From a candidate division FCPU426 bacterium (GTDB lineage Bacteria > Oederibacteriota > Muellerivitia > Muellerivitales > Muellerivitaceae), in the NCBI GenBank assembly GCA_963830915.1, contig CAWHOE010000015.1, positions 1 to 64,000 on the forward strand: a stretch of 64,000 nt of DNA, read 5' to 3'. The notes beneath the pieces were generated by a model. That model was not told the origin of the DNA. It made no database searches and saw only the letters and a list, made by a program, of their open reading frames with translations. Below, piece by piece: positions 22,635-32,321 of the stretch. The position numbers were made by a program, and so were the translations under genes. The first letter of the stretch is position 1, and the number at the start of each line of letters is the position of its first letter.

Positions 22635-22780
22635 GGGTTCCGTTCCTGTCTTGATTTTGGTGTCTTATTAGATACGCGTCAGGACGGAAAAGGTTGCTAA
22701 AAAAAGAAAAGAAGTAAAAAGACGAATTGAATGAAAGACCCGTGGTTCCCACCCCTTGGATGGGAACCTGGTCTCCCACC

Positions 22781-23086
22781 TTAGTTCTTGGCTGGCGCCG
22801 GGGCTTGGCTGGCCGGAGGGGCCTGGACCTGACCGGTCGGCTGGTTGGTCTGGCAAGCGCCCCCAAAATGCCACCAATGAAAGACGGCACCCAGGACCAG
22901 GAGGATGACCAACAGCCTCATGAATCCCCAGAACCCGTGCCTGTGGCACCCGTGGCCGTGCCAGCCCCAACGGCGACCGCAGCAACCCGGTCCCTCAAAA
23001 TGCTCCTTCACATAATCCTTCCGCGTCTCCATCCTCAACTTCTCCTCCGCGATGATGCGGTCCTTCTCTTCTTGATTGAGTTCCAC
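22781..23086 (-). CDS. Small single-TM protein with a His/Cys-rich segment
   Basis: GGAGG RBS; 'IIAEEKLRME', 'GCCGRRWGWHGHGCHRH', then a TM helix. Confidence 0.7.
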   Translation of the reverse strand: MELNQEEKDRIIAEEKLRMETRKDYVKEHFEGPGCCGRRWGWHGHGCHRHGFWGFMRLLVILLVLGAVFHWWHFGGACQTNQPTGQVQAPPASQAPAPAKN

Positions 23087-23153
23087 AGGAACCCTCCTTG
23101 TTCATTGATCCACCCGAAGATGGTCGTTCTTTTTCCCGGCCGATACGAAACGT

Positions 23154-23741
23154 CTACAAAAGGAACAGTTCCTCCTTTTGCCAAATGAAGTCCGACCTCA
23201 TGCCCGATCCCCCCTCGAAGATCTTGACCAGGCCTTCCTGGGCCGCGAGCGCCTCCAACCTTTTCCTCGAGGGCAGGCCCACGAAGGGGATGAGATAACC
23301 GCCGGCCGCCGACAACCAGCTAGGGAACATCAGGTCGGTATAGATCAGGTATCCCCCGGGCCGCAGGACCCGGACCATCTCGGAAAAGACCCTCTCCCAC
23401 TCGGGGATGTGATGGGTCGCCATGCTGGTGGCCACAATGTCGAATTCGCCCGGGCGGAACTGCATCCTGGCGGCGTCCATCGTCATGAACCGCAGGTCCG
23501 GGTGGATGGACCGGCTCCTGGCCTCCTCGATCTGCTTCGGGTCCACGTCGATGCCGGTGATGACCAGGTCGAAGCGGTTGGCGATCCCGCAGGCCGCCGC
23601 CCCCACCCCGCACCCCACATCCAGGTACTTCCATCCCGGTTTGAGATCGATCCGGGCCAGCAGTTGCTGCCCATGACGGGCGACCCATTGGGTATGTTCC
23701 GGGTCGTTCACGAAACGCTTCTCGACCATGGTCATCCTCAT
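23154..23741 (-). CDS. Class I SAM-dependent methyltransferase
   Basis: Motifs 'LDVGCGVG', 'GIDVD', 'RVLRPGG'. Confidence 0.9.
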   Translation of the reverse strand: MRMTMVEKRFVNDPEHTQWVARHGQQLLARIDLKPGWKYLDVGCGVGAAACGIANRFDLVITGIDVDPKQIEEARSRSIHPDLRFMTMDAARMQFRPGEFDIVATSMATHHIPEWERVFSEMVRVLRPGGYLIYTDLMFPSWLSAAGGYLIPFVGLPSRKRLEALAAQEGLVKIFEGGSGMRSDFIWQKEELFLL

Positions 23742-23837
23742 ATCCGACTCCTGGTTTTCGAATTTGGGGCGGCCGCTCTTCCGGCCGTTCCCAGGGATGA
23801 TTTATACGACCTAGGACCCAGGAAAGCTTTTCACCGC

Positions 23838-23895
23838 TGTAACCGTTTGTAACAAGTTGTAACAGCCCCCGGGAGGACCAACCCTCCGTGTTACA
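23838..23895. promoter_or_regulatory. Putative OmpR-family binding site: TGTAAC x3 at 10-bp spacing plus one inverted copy
   Basis: TGTAAC at 23838, 23848 and 23858 and GTTACA at 23890, between divergent genes. Confidence 0.65.
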
Positions 23896-23906
23896 ATTTC
23901 CCCATC

Positions 23907-24617
23907 ATGACCGCCAAGAAACTCATCCTCATCATCGACGACGACCAGAAGCTCAACACGCTCCTGAAAACCTACCTGGCCCCTTTCGGCCTGGATGTCG
24001 TTTCAGCCGTCCATCCGGACGAGGGGATGAGGCTGTTGAAAAGCCGTAAACCTAGCCTGGTCATCCTGGACGTGATGCTCCCGGACAAGGACGGCTTCCA
24101 GGTCCTTCGGGAGATACGGGCCTCTTCCCAGACCCCGGTCATCATGTTGACCGCCCGGGGGGATGTGACCGACCGCATCGTGGGGCTGGAATCGGGCGCG
24201 GACGACTACCTGGCCAAGCCCTTCGAGCCAAGGGAGCTGGTGGCCCGGGCGCAGACGGTGTTGAGACGTTTGGACCGGGACACACCCAAGGAAAAGGTCC
24301 TGAAGTCCGGGACCCTGGTGGTCGATCCAGGCCCCAGGACGGCGACCCTGGCCGGGAAAGACCTGAACCTGACCACCACCGAGTTCGAGATACTGGCTTT
24401 TTTCCTCAGGAACTCCGGGGTCGTGATGAGCCGGGACAGGATCATGGAATATCTCAAGGGTATCGAATGCGAGGCCTTCAACCGATCCATCGACGTGGCG
24501 GTGAGCCGCCTGAGGCGGAAGCTAAAGGACCCCGCATCCAAACCCAAATTCTTCAAGACCGTCTGGGGCGAGGGTTATCTTTTTCTGGGAAAGGTGAAGA
24601 CCCATGAACCGGGATGA
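23907..24617 (+). CDS. OmpR-family response regulator
   Basis: Motifs 'IIDDD', 'LDVMLP', 'GADDYLAKPF' and a winged-helix C-terminus. Confidence 0.95.
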   Translation: MTAKKLILIIDDDQKLNTLLKTYLAPFGLDVVSAVHPDEGMRLLKSRKPSLVILDVMLPDKDGFQVLREIRASSQTPVIMLTARGDVTDRIVGLESGADDYLAKPFEPRELVARAQTVLRRLDRDTPKEKVLKSGTLVVDPGPRTATLAGKDLNLTTTEFEILAFFLRNSGVVMSRDRIMEYLKGIECEAFNRSIDVAVSRLRRKLKDPASKPKFFKTVWGEGYLFLGKVKTHEPG

Positions 24618-25670
24618 GTTCCGCGAGCGCTTCGAGCGCCATTGGCATGACCGTCACTGCCATCCCCACATGACCCATTGGCGTTGGCGCGGGCGCAGGC
24701 CGCCCCGCCAGCATTTCTTCCTGCGGGTCGTGGTGCTCTTCATCATCGCCAGCGTCCTGCTGGAGGCCATCTTCGGCTCCGATACCACCCTGGGCTTCAC
24801 CAATATCACCCACCACCTGGGTTGGACTTGCGTGGTCCTGATCGCGGTCGCCATCATCCTGGGCAGGATGTTCAAACCTCTGCGGCGTTTGATGAGGGGC
24901 GTGCAGGAGATATCGGACGGGAACCTGGATTTCCAATTCCCCCTGCAAGGCCATGGCGAATTCGACTACCTGGCGGAGCAATTCAACGATATGGCGGGGA
25001 ATATCCGGGAAATGATCCGGTCCAAGGACCAGTTGTTGCTGGATGTCAGCCATGAGCTGCGTAGTCCCCTGACCCGCATGAAAGTGGCGCTGGAGATGGC
25101 GCCCAAGGGCCAATGGAAGAGGTCGATGGAGCAGGATATCCGGGAGATGGAAACCATGTTGGGGAGATACTGGAATCGGAGCGGTTGAGGACCGGCAACG
25201 GCAAACTGGCCCTGGCCCCCCTGGACCTGAAAGCCCTGGTGGTGGAATACCAAAAGAAATACAAGACCCGCAAACCCGGCGTGAAAACGGTCGGAACCCT
25301 TCTCCCCCTGACCCTTTCTGCGGACGAGGCCAGGATCAGGACGGTCCTGCAGAATGTCCTGGAGAACGCCTTGAAATATTCCGCCCATCAGAAAAAGGCG
25401 GTGGAGCTGTCCTTAGTCGATGCGAATGGCAGGGTCAGTCTGAGCGTCCGGGATTTCGGAGAGGGCGTGCCACCCGAGGAACAGGAAAGGGTCTTCGAGC
25501 CCTTCTACCGCGTCGACAAGTCCAGGACCAAGGCCACCGGCGGTTACGGCCTGGGCCTGCACCTGTGCCGGGAGATCATGCGGGCCCACGGGGGGGATAT
25601 CATCCTGGAAAACGCCCCCAGCGGAGGCACCCAGGTTTCACTATTTTTTATGAAAGCCAATCCCCAATAA
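24604..25670 (+). CDS. HAMP-domain sensor histidine kinase (frameshift near 25163)
   Basis: Two TM helices, HAMP, H-box 'VSHELRSPL', N-box 'NVLENALKY', G-boxes 'DFGEG' and 'GYGLGL'. Confidence 0.9.
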
Positions 25671-25865
25671 AACACCCTATCAGCGGAACGCCATTCGGTC
25701 CTTTTTTCAGTTTAATTCGCGCCCATTTCCGACCCTACAATTTTGAAATTCCCCCTAATGTTAAATTTTTTCCCCCTATAGTTATTTGCCCTTCCGTTTG
25801 TTAGCTTCTTTATTTAACGGCAGGTCATCAGAGGATCCGCCGGGTATGTTTTAGGGGAGGATGCG

Positions 25866-26922
25866 ATGCAAGAAAAAATGGATGTTTCCGTGAAAGAGAA
25901 TCAAACCGTTAATCCCATGAAGATCATGCAGGTGGGAATGGGATTCATGGCCTCGAAAACACTCTTAAGCGCCGTGGAACTGGACATCTTCAGTCTCCTG
26001 GCCCAATCACCCAAGACCGCGGGACAGTTACGGATCATACTCGACCTCAACGAACGCGGCCTTTACGACTTTCTGGACACCCTGGTCTCCCTCGGTTTTT
26101 TGAACCGCGAAGAAGTCGGACCCGAGGCCCTCTACCGCAACACGGAGGAAAGCGGCCGTGTTCCTGGACCGCAAGAGCCCGGGTTACCTGGGCGGTATCT
26201 TGAAAATGGCCAATCGACGCCTCTATCCCTACTGGGGCCGCCTCACGGAGGCGTTGAAAACCGGACAGCAACAGAATGAGGCGCGAAGCTGGGAGGAATC
26301 CCCCTTCGAGGCCATCTACAGCGATCCAGACGCATTAGTGGAGTTTCAGGACGCCATGGCCGGCATCCAATTGGGCAACTTCATGGCTCTCGCGGATAAA
26401 TTCAATTTTTCCAAAGCCATGACCCTTTGCGACGCGGGAGGGGGCAACGGCCTGCTTTGTTCCCTGATCGCCCAACGCCATGACCACCTTTACACCCAGG
26501 TCTTCGACCTGCCCCAGGTGGAGCCCATCGTGACGAGGACCGCGGAGAAGATGGGCGTGGCGGACCGGGTTTCCTTCACGGCCGGGGATTTTTTCAAGGA
26601 GTCCATCCCCTCCTGCGACATCATCACCATGGGGAACATCCTCCATGATTGGGACCTGCCCCGGAAGAAAGCGCTCATTCACAAAGCCTACTCCGCTCTT
26701 CCTCCCGGCGGGGTCTTCATCGCCATCGAGAACATGATCGACAGTGAGCGGCGTCAGAACACCTTCGGCTTGATCATGTCCCTGAACATGCTCATTGAGA
26801 CGCCCGGGGGGTCCGACTACACCACGACCCAATTCGAGGGTTGGTGCAAGGAAGTCGGTTTCAAGCGTGTGGAGTTCCTGCCCTTGATGGGCCCGGCCAG
26901 CGCCGGCATCGCTTATAAATAA
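25866..26922 (+). CDS. O-methyltransferase with dimerisation domain (frameshift near 26154)
   Basis: Motifs 'SKTLLSAVELDIF', 'DAGGGNG', 'AGDFF', 'GNILHDW'. Confidence 0.88.
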
Positions 26923-26937
26923 ACCCAGGAGGTTTAT

Positions 26938-27339
26938 ATGCGTTTCATGTTATTGGTCTTGCCTAAGAACTATGACCAGGCGGCGCCTAACCAGATGCCT
27001 GACCGTCAACAAGTCGAGCTGATGATGAAATACAACCAAGCCTTGAAGGACGCGGGAGTGCTGGTGGAACTCAACGGCCTCTATCCCCCTTCCGCCGGAG
27101 TTCGGGTGTCTTACAAGAACCGGCAACCAAGGGTAATACATCCGCCCTATCCGGAAGCGAAGGAATCCATCGGGGGTTATTGGATCATTCAGGTAAAGTC
27201 CAAAGGTGAAGCCGTCCAATGGGCTTCCGAGATACCATTCTTAGGGGAAGAAACGGTGGAGGTCCGACAAATCCATGAAATGTCCGAATTCCCACCAAAG
27301 GTTCAGGAAGCGGGAAAAAAGTCGATGAATGGGAAATGA
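26938..27339 (+). CDS. YciI family protein
   Basis: Motifs 'MKYNQALKDAGV', 'PYPEAKESIGGYW', 'EVRQ'. Confidence 0.85.
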   Translation: MRFMLLVLPKNYDQAAPNQMPDRQQVELMMKYNQALKDAGVLVELNGLYPPSAGVRVSYKNRQPRVIHPPYPEAKESIGGYWIIQVKSKGEAVQWASEIPFLGEETVEVRQIHEMSEFPPKVQEAGKKSMNGK

Positions 27340-27356
27340 ACAACCAGGATCGGTCC

Positions 27357-27740
27357 TTAAACCAAACTTTTTTTGGGGGTATTCAATCCGATTAGGTAAG
27401 TAATGACGAAGATGGCTCCAAAGGGTAACCAGGTTCCCATCAGGCTCTTGAACATATCCAGGCTTTTGAGGATAACTAGGGCCACCAGGAAAAAGTCGAC
27501 CACCATCACAAAAGCCGTGAAAAGGATAGAGGTATAAAGAGGCCTGGTGAACCGAAAGTACCGATGGTAACTCCAGGAAAGGAAACCGAAGGTCAATGTC
27601 CCGCCGATCAGATGCGCGGTCAGGACCGTGGGCATCAGCCAGTGGCGCATCCCCACCTCCATGATCGTGGCGCAAACGACCCAGCCGATAAAGGCGTAGG
27701 ACAATAAGATCAGCGTTTTTTCGAACGGCGTCTTGGTCAC
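27357..27740 (-). CDS. Hypothetical four-TM protein
   Basis: Hydrophobic ORF; its GTG start overlaps the upstream stop codon. Confidence 0.65.
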   Translation of the reverse strand: MTKTPFEKTLILLSYAFIGWVVCATIMEVGMRHWLMPTVLTAHLIGGTLTFGFLSWSYHRYFRFTRPLYTSILFTAFVMVVDFFLVALVILKSLDMFKSLMGTWLPFGAIFVITYLIGLNTPKKSLV

Positions 27741-28186
27741 AAAGCCCCTCCAAACTGGTTTTCCAGTATTTCCACCGCGCTTTTCACTAATTGAGGACAT
27801 AAAGTGGAAGTCAATTTCTTTTCTGAATTGTTCTTAGCCCCTTCCGATGTAAATATATCACATCCCAATAAGTCCCGGCAGACAACCGAGCCATTCTTCC
27901 TTTCAAATTCCGCCATGAATTTCTTGGCCTCTTCATAATTCTTTTTCTTGGTCAGGGCATCCCCCTCTTTCATCATGCCGTACCTGAGACCCAGGGCCAT
28001 CAGGCCGCCCGAAACCGCCCCACAGGTTTCCGCCCGACCGGCCATACCCGCGCCGAAACTACCCGCGACCCTCAAGCAGGTCTCTCGGTCCATTCCCGCC
28101 TCATTCCCGAAAGCGCAAAGAACGCTCTGGGCGCAATTGAAGCCCTTCTGGAATAGCTCCTCCGCCATCGCTGTTCTTTCTGTCAT
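27737..28186 (-). CDS. C-GCAxxG-C-C family putative redox protein
   Basis: Motifs 'FNCAQSV', 'TCGAVSGG', 'VCRDLLG', 'LCPQLV'. Confidence 0.88.
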   Translation of the reverse strand: MTERTAMAEELFQKGFNCAQSVLCAFGNEAGMDRETCLRVAGSFGAGMAGRAETCGAVSGGLMALGLRYGMMKEGDALTKKKNYEEAKKFMAEFERKNGSVVCRDLLGCDIFTSEGAKNNSEKKLTSTLCPQLVKSAVEILENQFGGAL

Positions 28187-28196
28187 ATCGTCCTCC

Positions 28197-28598
28197 TTAT
28201 AAGGGATACTTCGTCGTAATCTTTTTCTTGATCTCATCCCGTACTTCCTGGAAGCTCTTCAGTTTGTCCTCGTCATTGGTTGTCCCAACGCCAGGGTCGG
28301 GGAGGCCCCAATGAAGCCGCTCGGCCTTGCCCAAGAAAACAGGGCATTCCTCCTCAGCGCAAAGGGTGATGACCGTATCCACCGTGGAAGGGTCGATCTC
28401 GTCCACCGATTTGGACCTATTTCCGGATATATCGATGCCCAGTTCCGCCAAAGCCTTGATGGCGAAGGGATTCACTTTAGAGGGTTTGGACCCGGCGCTT
28501 TGAATGAGGGCCTTATCCCCGAAATAGGCTTTGGCCAAGCCTTCGGCCATCTGGCTTCGGGCCGAATTAGCCACGCACAGGAACAGTATTTTCTTCAT
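28197..28598 (-). CDS. arsC: Arsenate reductase (LMW-PTP/thioredoxin type)
   Basis: P-loop '[13 protein letters not shown]', 'LCAEEECP', 'HWGLPDP'. Confidence 0.9.
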   Translation of the reverse strand: MKKILFLCVANSARSQMAEGLAKAYFGDKALIQSAGSKPSKVNPFAIKALAELGIDISGNRSKSVDEIDPSTVDTVITLCAEEECPVFLGKAERLHWGLPDPGVGTTNDEDKLKSFQEVRDEIKKKITTKYPL

Positions 28599-28599
28599 G

Positions 28600-29661
28600 T
28601 TATTTCCCCTTTTCGAACCAGCCTGACGTTCTGGTACAGAAAGAACATACCGACAGCATCACTGGTACCTCCACCAGCACCCCCACGACCGTCGCCAAGG
28701 CTGCTCCGCTTCCCGGCCCGTAAAGGGCGATGGCGGTAGCGACCGCCAACTCAAAGAAATTCGAGGCTCCGATGAGGGCGCCGGGGGCCGCCACGGAATA
28801 CGGAACCTTGAAGAGTTTCATCAATCCGTAGGTCAACCCGGAATTGAAATAGACCTGGATGAGGATAGGGATGGCGATGAGGAACACATCCAGCCAGCGG
28901 TTGGTGATGTTCCCCGCCTGGAATGCGAAGATCAAGACCAGCGTGGCCAAGAGCGCCAGGATGGTGACAGGATGAAAGACCGGGAGGAACTTTTCGTTGA
29001 ACCACTTGACGCTTTTATTGCGGATGAGAGCCCAACGGCTCAGGGCGCCCATGGCCAGGGGGATGACCACGAAGATGAGGACGGAATAGAGGAGTACCTG
29101 GAACGGCACTTCCAATCCAGCGGCTCCAGACACCAGGAAACGTACGATGGGAGCGAAAGCCACCAGCATGATCAGGTCGTTCACCGATACCTGCACCAGC
29201 GTATAGGCAGCGTCCCCTCCCGCCAAATAGGACCAGACGAAGACCATGGCCGTGCAGGGCGCGGCGGCCAGGATGATGACGCCCGCCAGGTATTGATTGG
29301 CCATCTCGGACCCCAGCCAAGGCACGAACAACACCTTGAAGAAAAGCCAGCCGAAGAATGCCATGGAGAAGGGTTTGACCAGCCAGTTGACGAAAAGGGT
29401 CACCAGCAATCCCTTGGGTCTTTTGCCCACCCCTTTGAGGGACGCGAAGTCGATCTTCAGCATCATGGGGTAGATCATCAGCCAGATGAGGATGGCGATG
29501 GGGATGTTGATATGACTGCCTGTGGCGAATTCCATGCCCTGGAGGCTTGTCACGACCTGGGGCACGGCCTTCCCGATGAGGATGCCCAGGCCCATACAGA
29601 GCGCCACCCAGAGGGTCAGGTACCGCTCGAAGACGTTCATTTTGGAGGATAAACTGCTCAT
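28600..29661 (-). CDS. acr3: ACR3-family arsenite efflux transporter
   Basis: Motifs 'FERYLTLWV', 'MIYPMM', '[10 protein letters not shown]', 'SNFFELAVA', 'VEVPVML'. Confidence 0.95.
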   Translation of the reverse strand: MSSLSSKMNVFERYLTLWVALCMGLGILIGKAVPQVVTSLQGMEFATGSHINIPIAILIWLMIYPMMLKIDFASLKGVGKRPKGLLVTLFVNWLVKPFSMAFFGWLFFKVLFVPWLGSEMANQYLAGVIILAAAPCTAMVFVWSYLAGGDAAYTLVQVSVNDLIMLVAFAPIVRFLVSGAAGLEVPFQVLLYSVLIFVVIPLAMGALSRWALIRNKSVKWFNEKFLPVFHPVTILALLATLVLIFAFQAGNITNRWLDVFLIAIPILIQVYFNSGLTYGLMKLFKVPYSVAAPGALIGASNFFELAVATAIALYGPGSGAALATVVGVLVEVPVMLSVCSFCTRTSGWFEKGK

Positions 29662-29672
29662 TTCAGTCCTTT

Positions 29673-30117
29673 TCAATGCTTTGATGCGACAGGCACGGCC
29701 TCAAACCCTTTTTCTCCGACCAGTTTGAACCTGTCGACTATCTCATCCCGCACCTTGCGGAACTCCGCCAGGATCTCAGGGGATTCTTCTTCCGTCTGGG
29801 GCGGGTCGTTGAAAGGCCAGTAAAGCCTTTGGGATACACCCGGGAAAATGGGGCATCTTTTCATCGGCGTCCGAGCAAACCGTGATGATGTACCCGAAGT
29901 ACTGGCCCAGGAAATCCACCACATCCTTGGAATGCTGGTTGGAAATGTCGATTCCGATCTCCTTCATAACCTTGATGGCATTCTTGTTCACGTGGGTTGG
30001 TTCCAACCCGGCGCTTTCCACGATGAACTTATCCCCGCCGTAATGTTTCAGGACCCCTTCCGCCATCTGCGACCGGCAAGAATTTTTGGTGCATAAGATC
30101 AAGACTTTCTGTGCCAT
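29673..30117 (-). CDS. arsC: Second arsenate reductase (frameshift near 29857)
   Basis: Motifs 'CTKNSCRSQMAEG', 'TVCSDADEK/CPIFPG', 'WPFNDP'. Confidence 0.85.
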
Positions 30118-30168
30118 AAGACACCTCCCCTATTTTTTAACGACCTGCCAGGCACCAACGCTTACTTT

Positions 30169-31095
30169 TCAAACTTTCGGTTTTTCACCCCAGACCGTTA
30201 CGCTGAAGATTCCGGCGCCTTTCGCTTCCAGGTCCTTGAGCTCCGGTTCGGATATGTATTTCAAGAGGATCTCCCTGGGCACTTCCACCCGACGTTCTTT
30301 TTGGACCTTCACGTTCTTGAATCCCGCCTTTTGAATGAGCCCCAGATATTCGGAGCGCAGGACGGCTCCCGCCACACAGCCCACATAAAGCTCGGCTTCC
30401 GAGCGGAGTTTTTCAGGCAATTCGGCGCCCAGGACGATATCCGAGACGTTGAAATGGCCCCCCGGTTTGAGGACCCGATAGATCTCCCCGAAAGCTTTTT
30501 CCTTGTCCGGCACCAAATTGAGGACGCAATTACTGATGACCACATCCACCGTGTTTTCGGCCAGGGGAAGGTCCTCGATCTCGCCCAATTTAAAACTGAC
30601 ATTGGCGAACCCGAGTTTTTGGTTGTTCGCACGGGCCTTCTCGATCATCTGCGGGGTCATATCCACCCCCGTCACTTTGCCTTGGTCCCCCACGATACGT
30701 CGGGCCACAAATGCGTCGTTCCCCGCCCCACTCCCCAGGTCCAACACATGGTCACCGGCCTTGATGCCCGCCAATTCGGTGGGAAGTCCGCAGCCCAGGC
30801 CCAAGTCGGCTTCCGGCTGGTAGCCAGGCAGTTTGGCGTAATCCTCGCCGATGAAACTGTAGGAAAACCCGCCTTTGGCCTCATCGCCTCCACAGCAGGA
30901 GGCCTTCGTCTTGGGCTCTTCTACGCTGCAACAAACACTTTTCTCCTTTGGTTCTTCAGGACCACAGCAAGAGGTTTTCTCTTTCGGTTCTTCCATCCCA
31001 CAGCAGGATGTTTCCTTGCCAGAGGAGGCGATTTCCCCGTATTTCTTTCGGACCTCGGCTTTGATGGCCTCAGCAGCAGCTTTTTCGTTTACCAT
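30169..31095 (-). CDS. arsM: Arsenite S-adenosylmethionine methyltransferase with N-terminal Cys-Cys repeats
   Basis: Motifs 'LGLGCGLP', 'LDLGSGAG', 'ISNCVLNL', 'GCVAGA'; lies in the ars operon. Confidence 0.93.
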   Translation of the reverse strand: MVNEKAAAEAIKAEVRKKYGEIASSGKETSCCGMEEPKEKTSCCGPEEPKEKSVCCSVEEPKTKASCCGGDEAKGGFSYSFIGEDYAKLPGYQPEADLGLGCGLPTELAGIKAGDHVLDLGSGAGNDAFVARRIVGDQGKVTGVDMTPQMIEKARANNQKLGFANVSFKLGEIEDLPLAENTVDVVISNCVLNLVPDKEKAFGEIYRVLKPGGHFNVSDIVLGAELPEKLRSEAELYVGCVAGAVLRSEYLGLIQKAGFKNVKVQKERRVEVPREILLKYISEPELKDLEAKGAGIFSVTVWGEKPKV

Positions 31096-31423
31096 TTTCT
31101 TTTCCTTTCGGTTGTGGCATTTCATTAAGTAGGTCATGGAACAGGCCGGAGAGTTTTTCCAGGGCTTTGGGGTTCACGCAGTAGCAGGATTTGGGGCCGT
31201 CAAGAGTCCCCTGGATAAGACCGGCTTCCAGAAGGACTTTGAGATGCTGGGAAACGGTGGATTGGGCCAGGGGCATGACCTGAACGATCTCACCGCAGAC
31301 ACAGGTTTCTCGTTTGGCCAATGTTTTCAGGATGGCGATACGGGCTGGATGGCCCAGGGCCGAGGCGTACTTCGCCAAGTCCCCGTCCTTCGAGTGGAAT
31401 TGATCTTTTTTGGAGAATGCCAT
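31070..31423 (-). CDS. arsR: ArsR/SmtB repressor
   Basis: Motifs '[10 protein letters not shown]', 'CVCGEI', '[11 protein letters not shown]' and a C-terminal CC. Confidence 0.93.
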   Translation of the reverse strand: MAFSKKDQFHSKDGDLAKYASALGHPARIAILKTLAKRETCVCGEIVQVMPLAQSTVSQHLKVLLEAGLIQGTLDGPKSCYCVNPKALEKLSGLFHDLLNEMPQPKGKENGKRKSCC

Positions 31424-31431
31424 GCGCTCTT

Positions 31432-31451
31432 TTATCGTATATATACGATAA
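31432..31451. promoter_or_regulatory. Probable ArsR operator
   Basis: Perfect 20-bp palindrome TTATCGTATATATACGATAA, 8 bp upstream of the arsR start. Confidence 0.8.
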
Positions 31452-31494
31452 TGTCAAGTCTCAACAATGTTAAATTTTCCGTTAAGTTAAGGAA

Positions 31495-32205
31495 TTAGAT
31501 ACGGCAGCTAGGTTCGGCCATCTTTTCTACTTCAGCCTTCGTCTGACCACAGACCTGGCATGAGGGATTTCGTTTTGGAACGATGGAACGCCATTCACTC
31601 TTTTGCATATCCACTTTCCAAAGTTTGAGCGGTCTTTCCCCTTTAAGGAATTGAAGGGCTTCATGGGCCTGTAAATAGCCGATGGTCTGGGAAAAGGAAC
31701 CCAATACTCCCGCTTCCTGGCAGGTGGGCATGGCGAAAGGCGGAGGTAATTTGGGTATCAAACAACGAAGACAGGCCGACTTGCCAGGGTCCACCGCCAT
31801 CACCTGGCCTTCGAACTTGACCACACCCGCGTGAACGTAAGGTTTCCCAAGGTTCACGCACCAGTCATTCAGGAAGAACTTCTTTTCCAGGCGATCCAGC
31901 CCGTCGATGATCAGGTCATATGAGGAAAGGGTCTTCGAGGCGTTAGCCGAGGCGATGGCTTCGGGGATCGGAATGTATTTTGTCTTGGGAAAACGCCGGG
32001 AAAGATGGTCAAAAGCCGCTTCCGTCTTTTTCCTGCCCAGGTCTTTTGGGGAATAAAGCATCTGACGATGAAGGTTGGAAAGCTCGACCACATCCGGATC
32101 CATGAGACCCAGGGTGCCGATGCCAGCCTCAGCCAGGACGGTCACGGCCGGACAGCCCAGCCCTCCCACACCCACCACCAGAATTTTGATTTCCGCTAGG
32201 TACAT
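31495..32205 (-). CDS. ThiF/MoeB-family E1-like adenylyltransferase lacking the N-terminal RYSRQ helix
   Basis: Motifs 'GVGGLG', 'DPDVVELSNLHRQ', 'CLRC', 'PTCQEAG', 'CQVC'. Confidence 0.9.
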   Translation of the reverse strand: MYLAEIKILVVGVGGLGCPAVTVLAEAGIGTLGLMDPDVVELSNLHRQMLYSPKDLGRKKTEAAFDHLSRRFPKTKYIPIPEAIASANASKTLSSYDLIIDGLDRLEKKFFLNDWCVNLGKPYVHAGVVKFEGQVMAVDPGKSACLRCLIPKLPPPFAMPTCQEAGVLGSFSQTIGYLQAHEALQFLKGERPLKLWKVDMQKSEWRSIVPKRNPSCQVCGQTKAEVEKMAEPSCRI

Positions 32206-32321
32206 TTAATTAACCTCGCCAACTTCTACCACAGAACTCCCCCATTTAGCCACCGATGTCCCACAGTCTTTCAAGATTTATTGATATGTGGGGCATCGGT
32301 GGTACCAAAGTTGTGTATATT

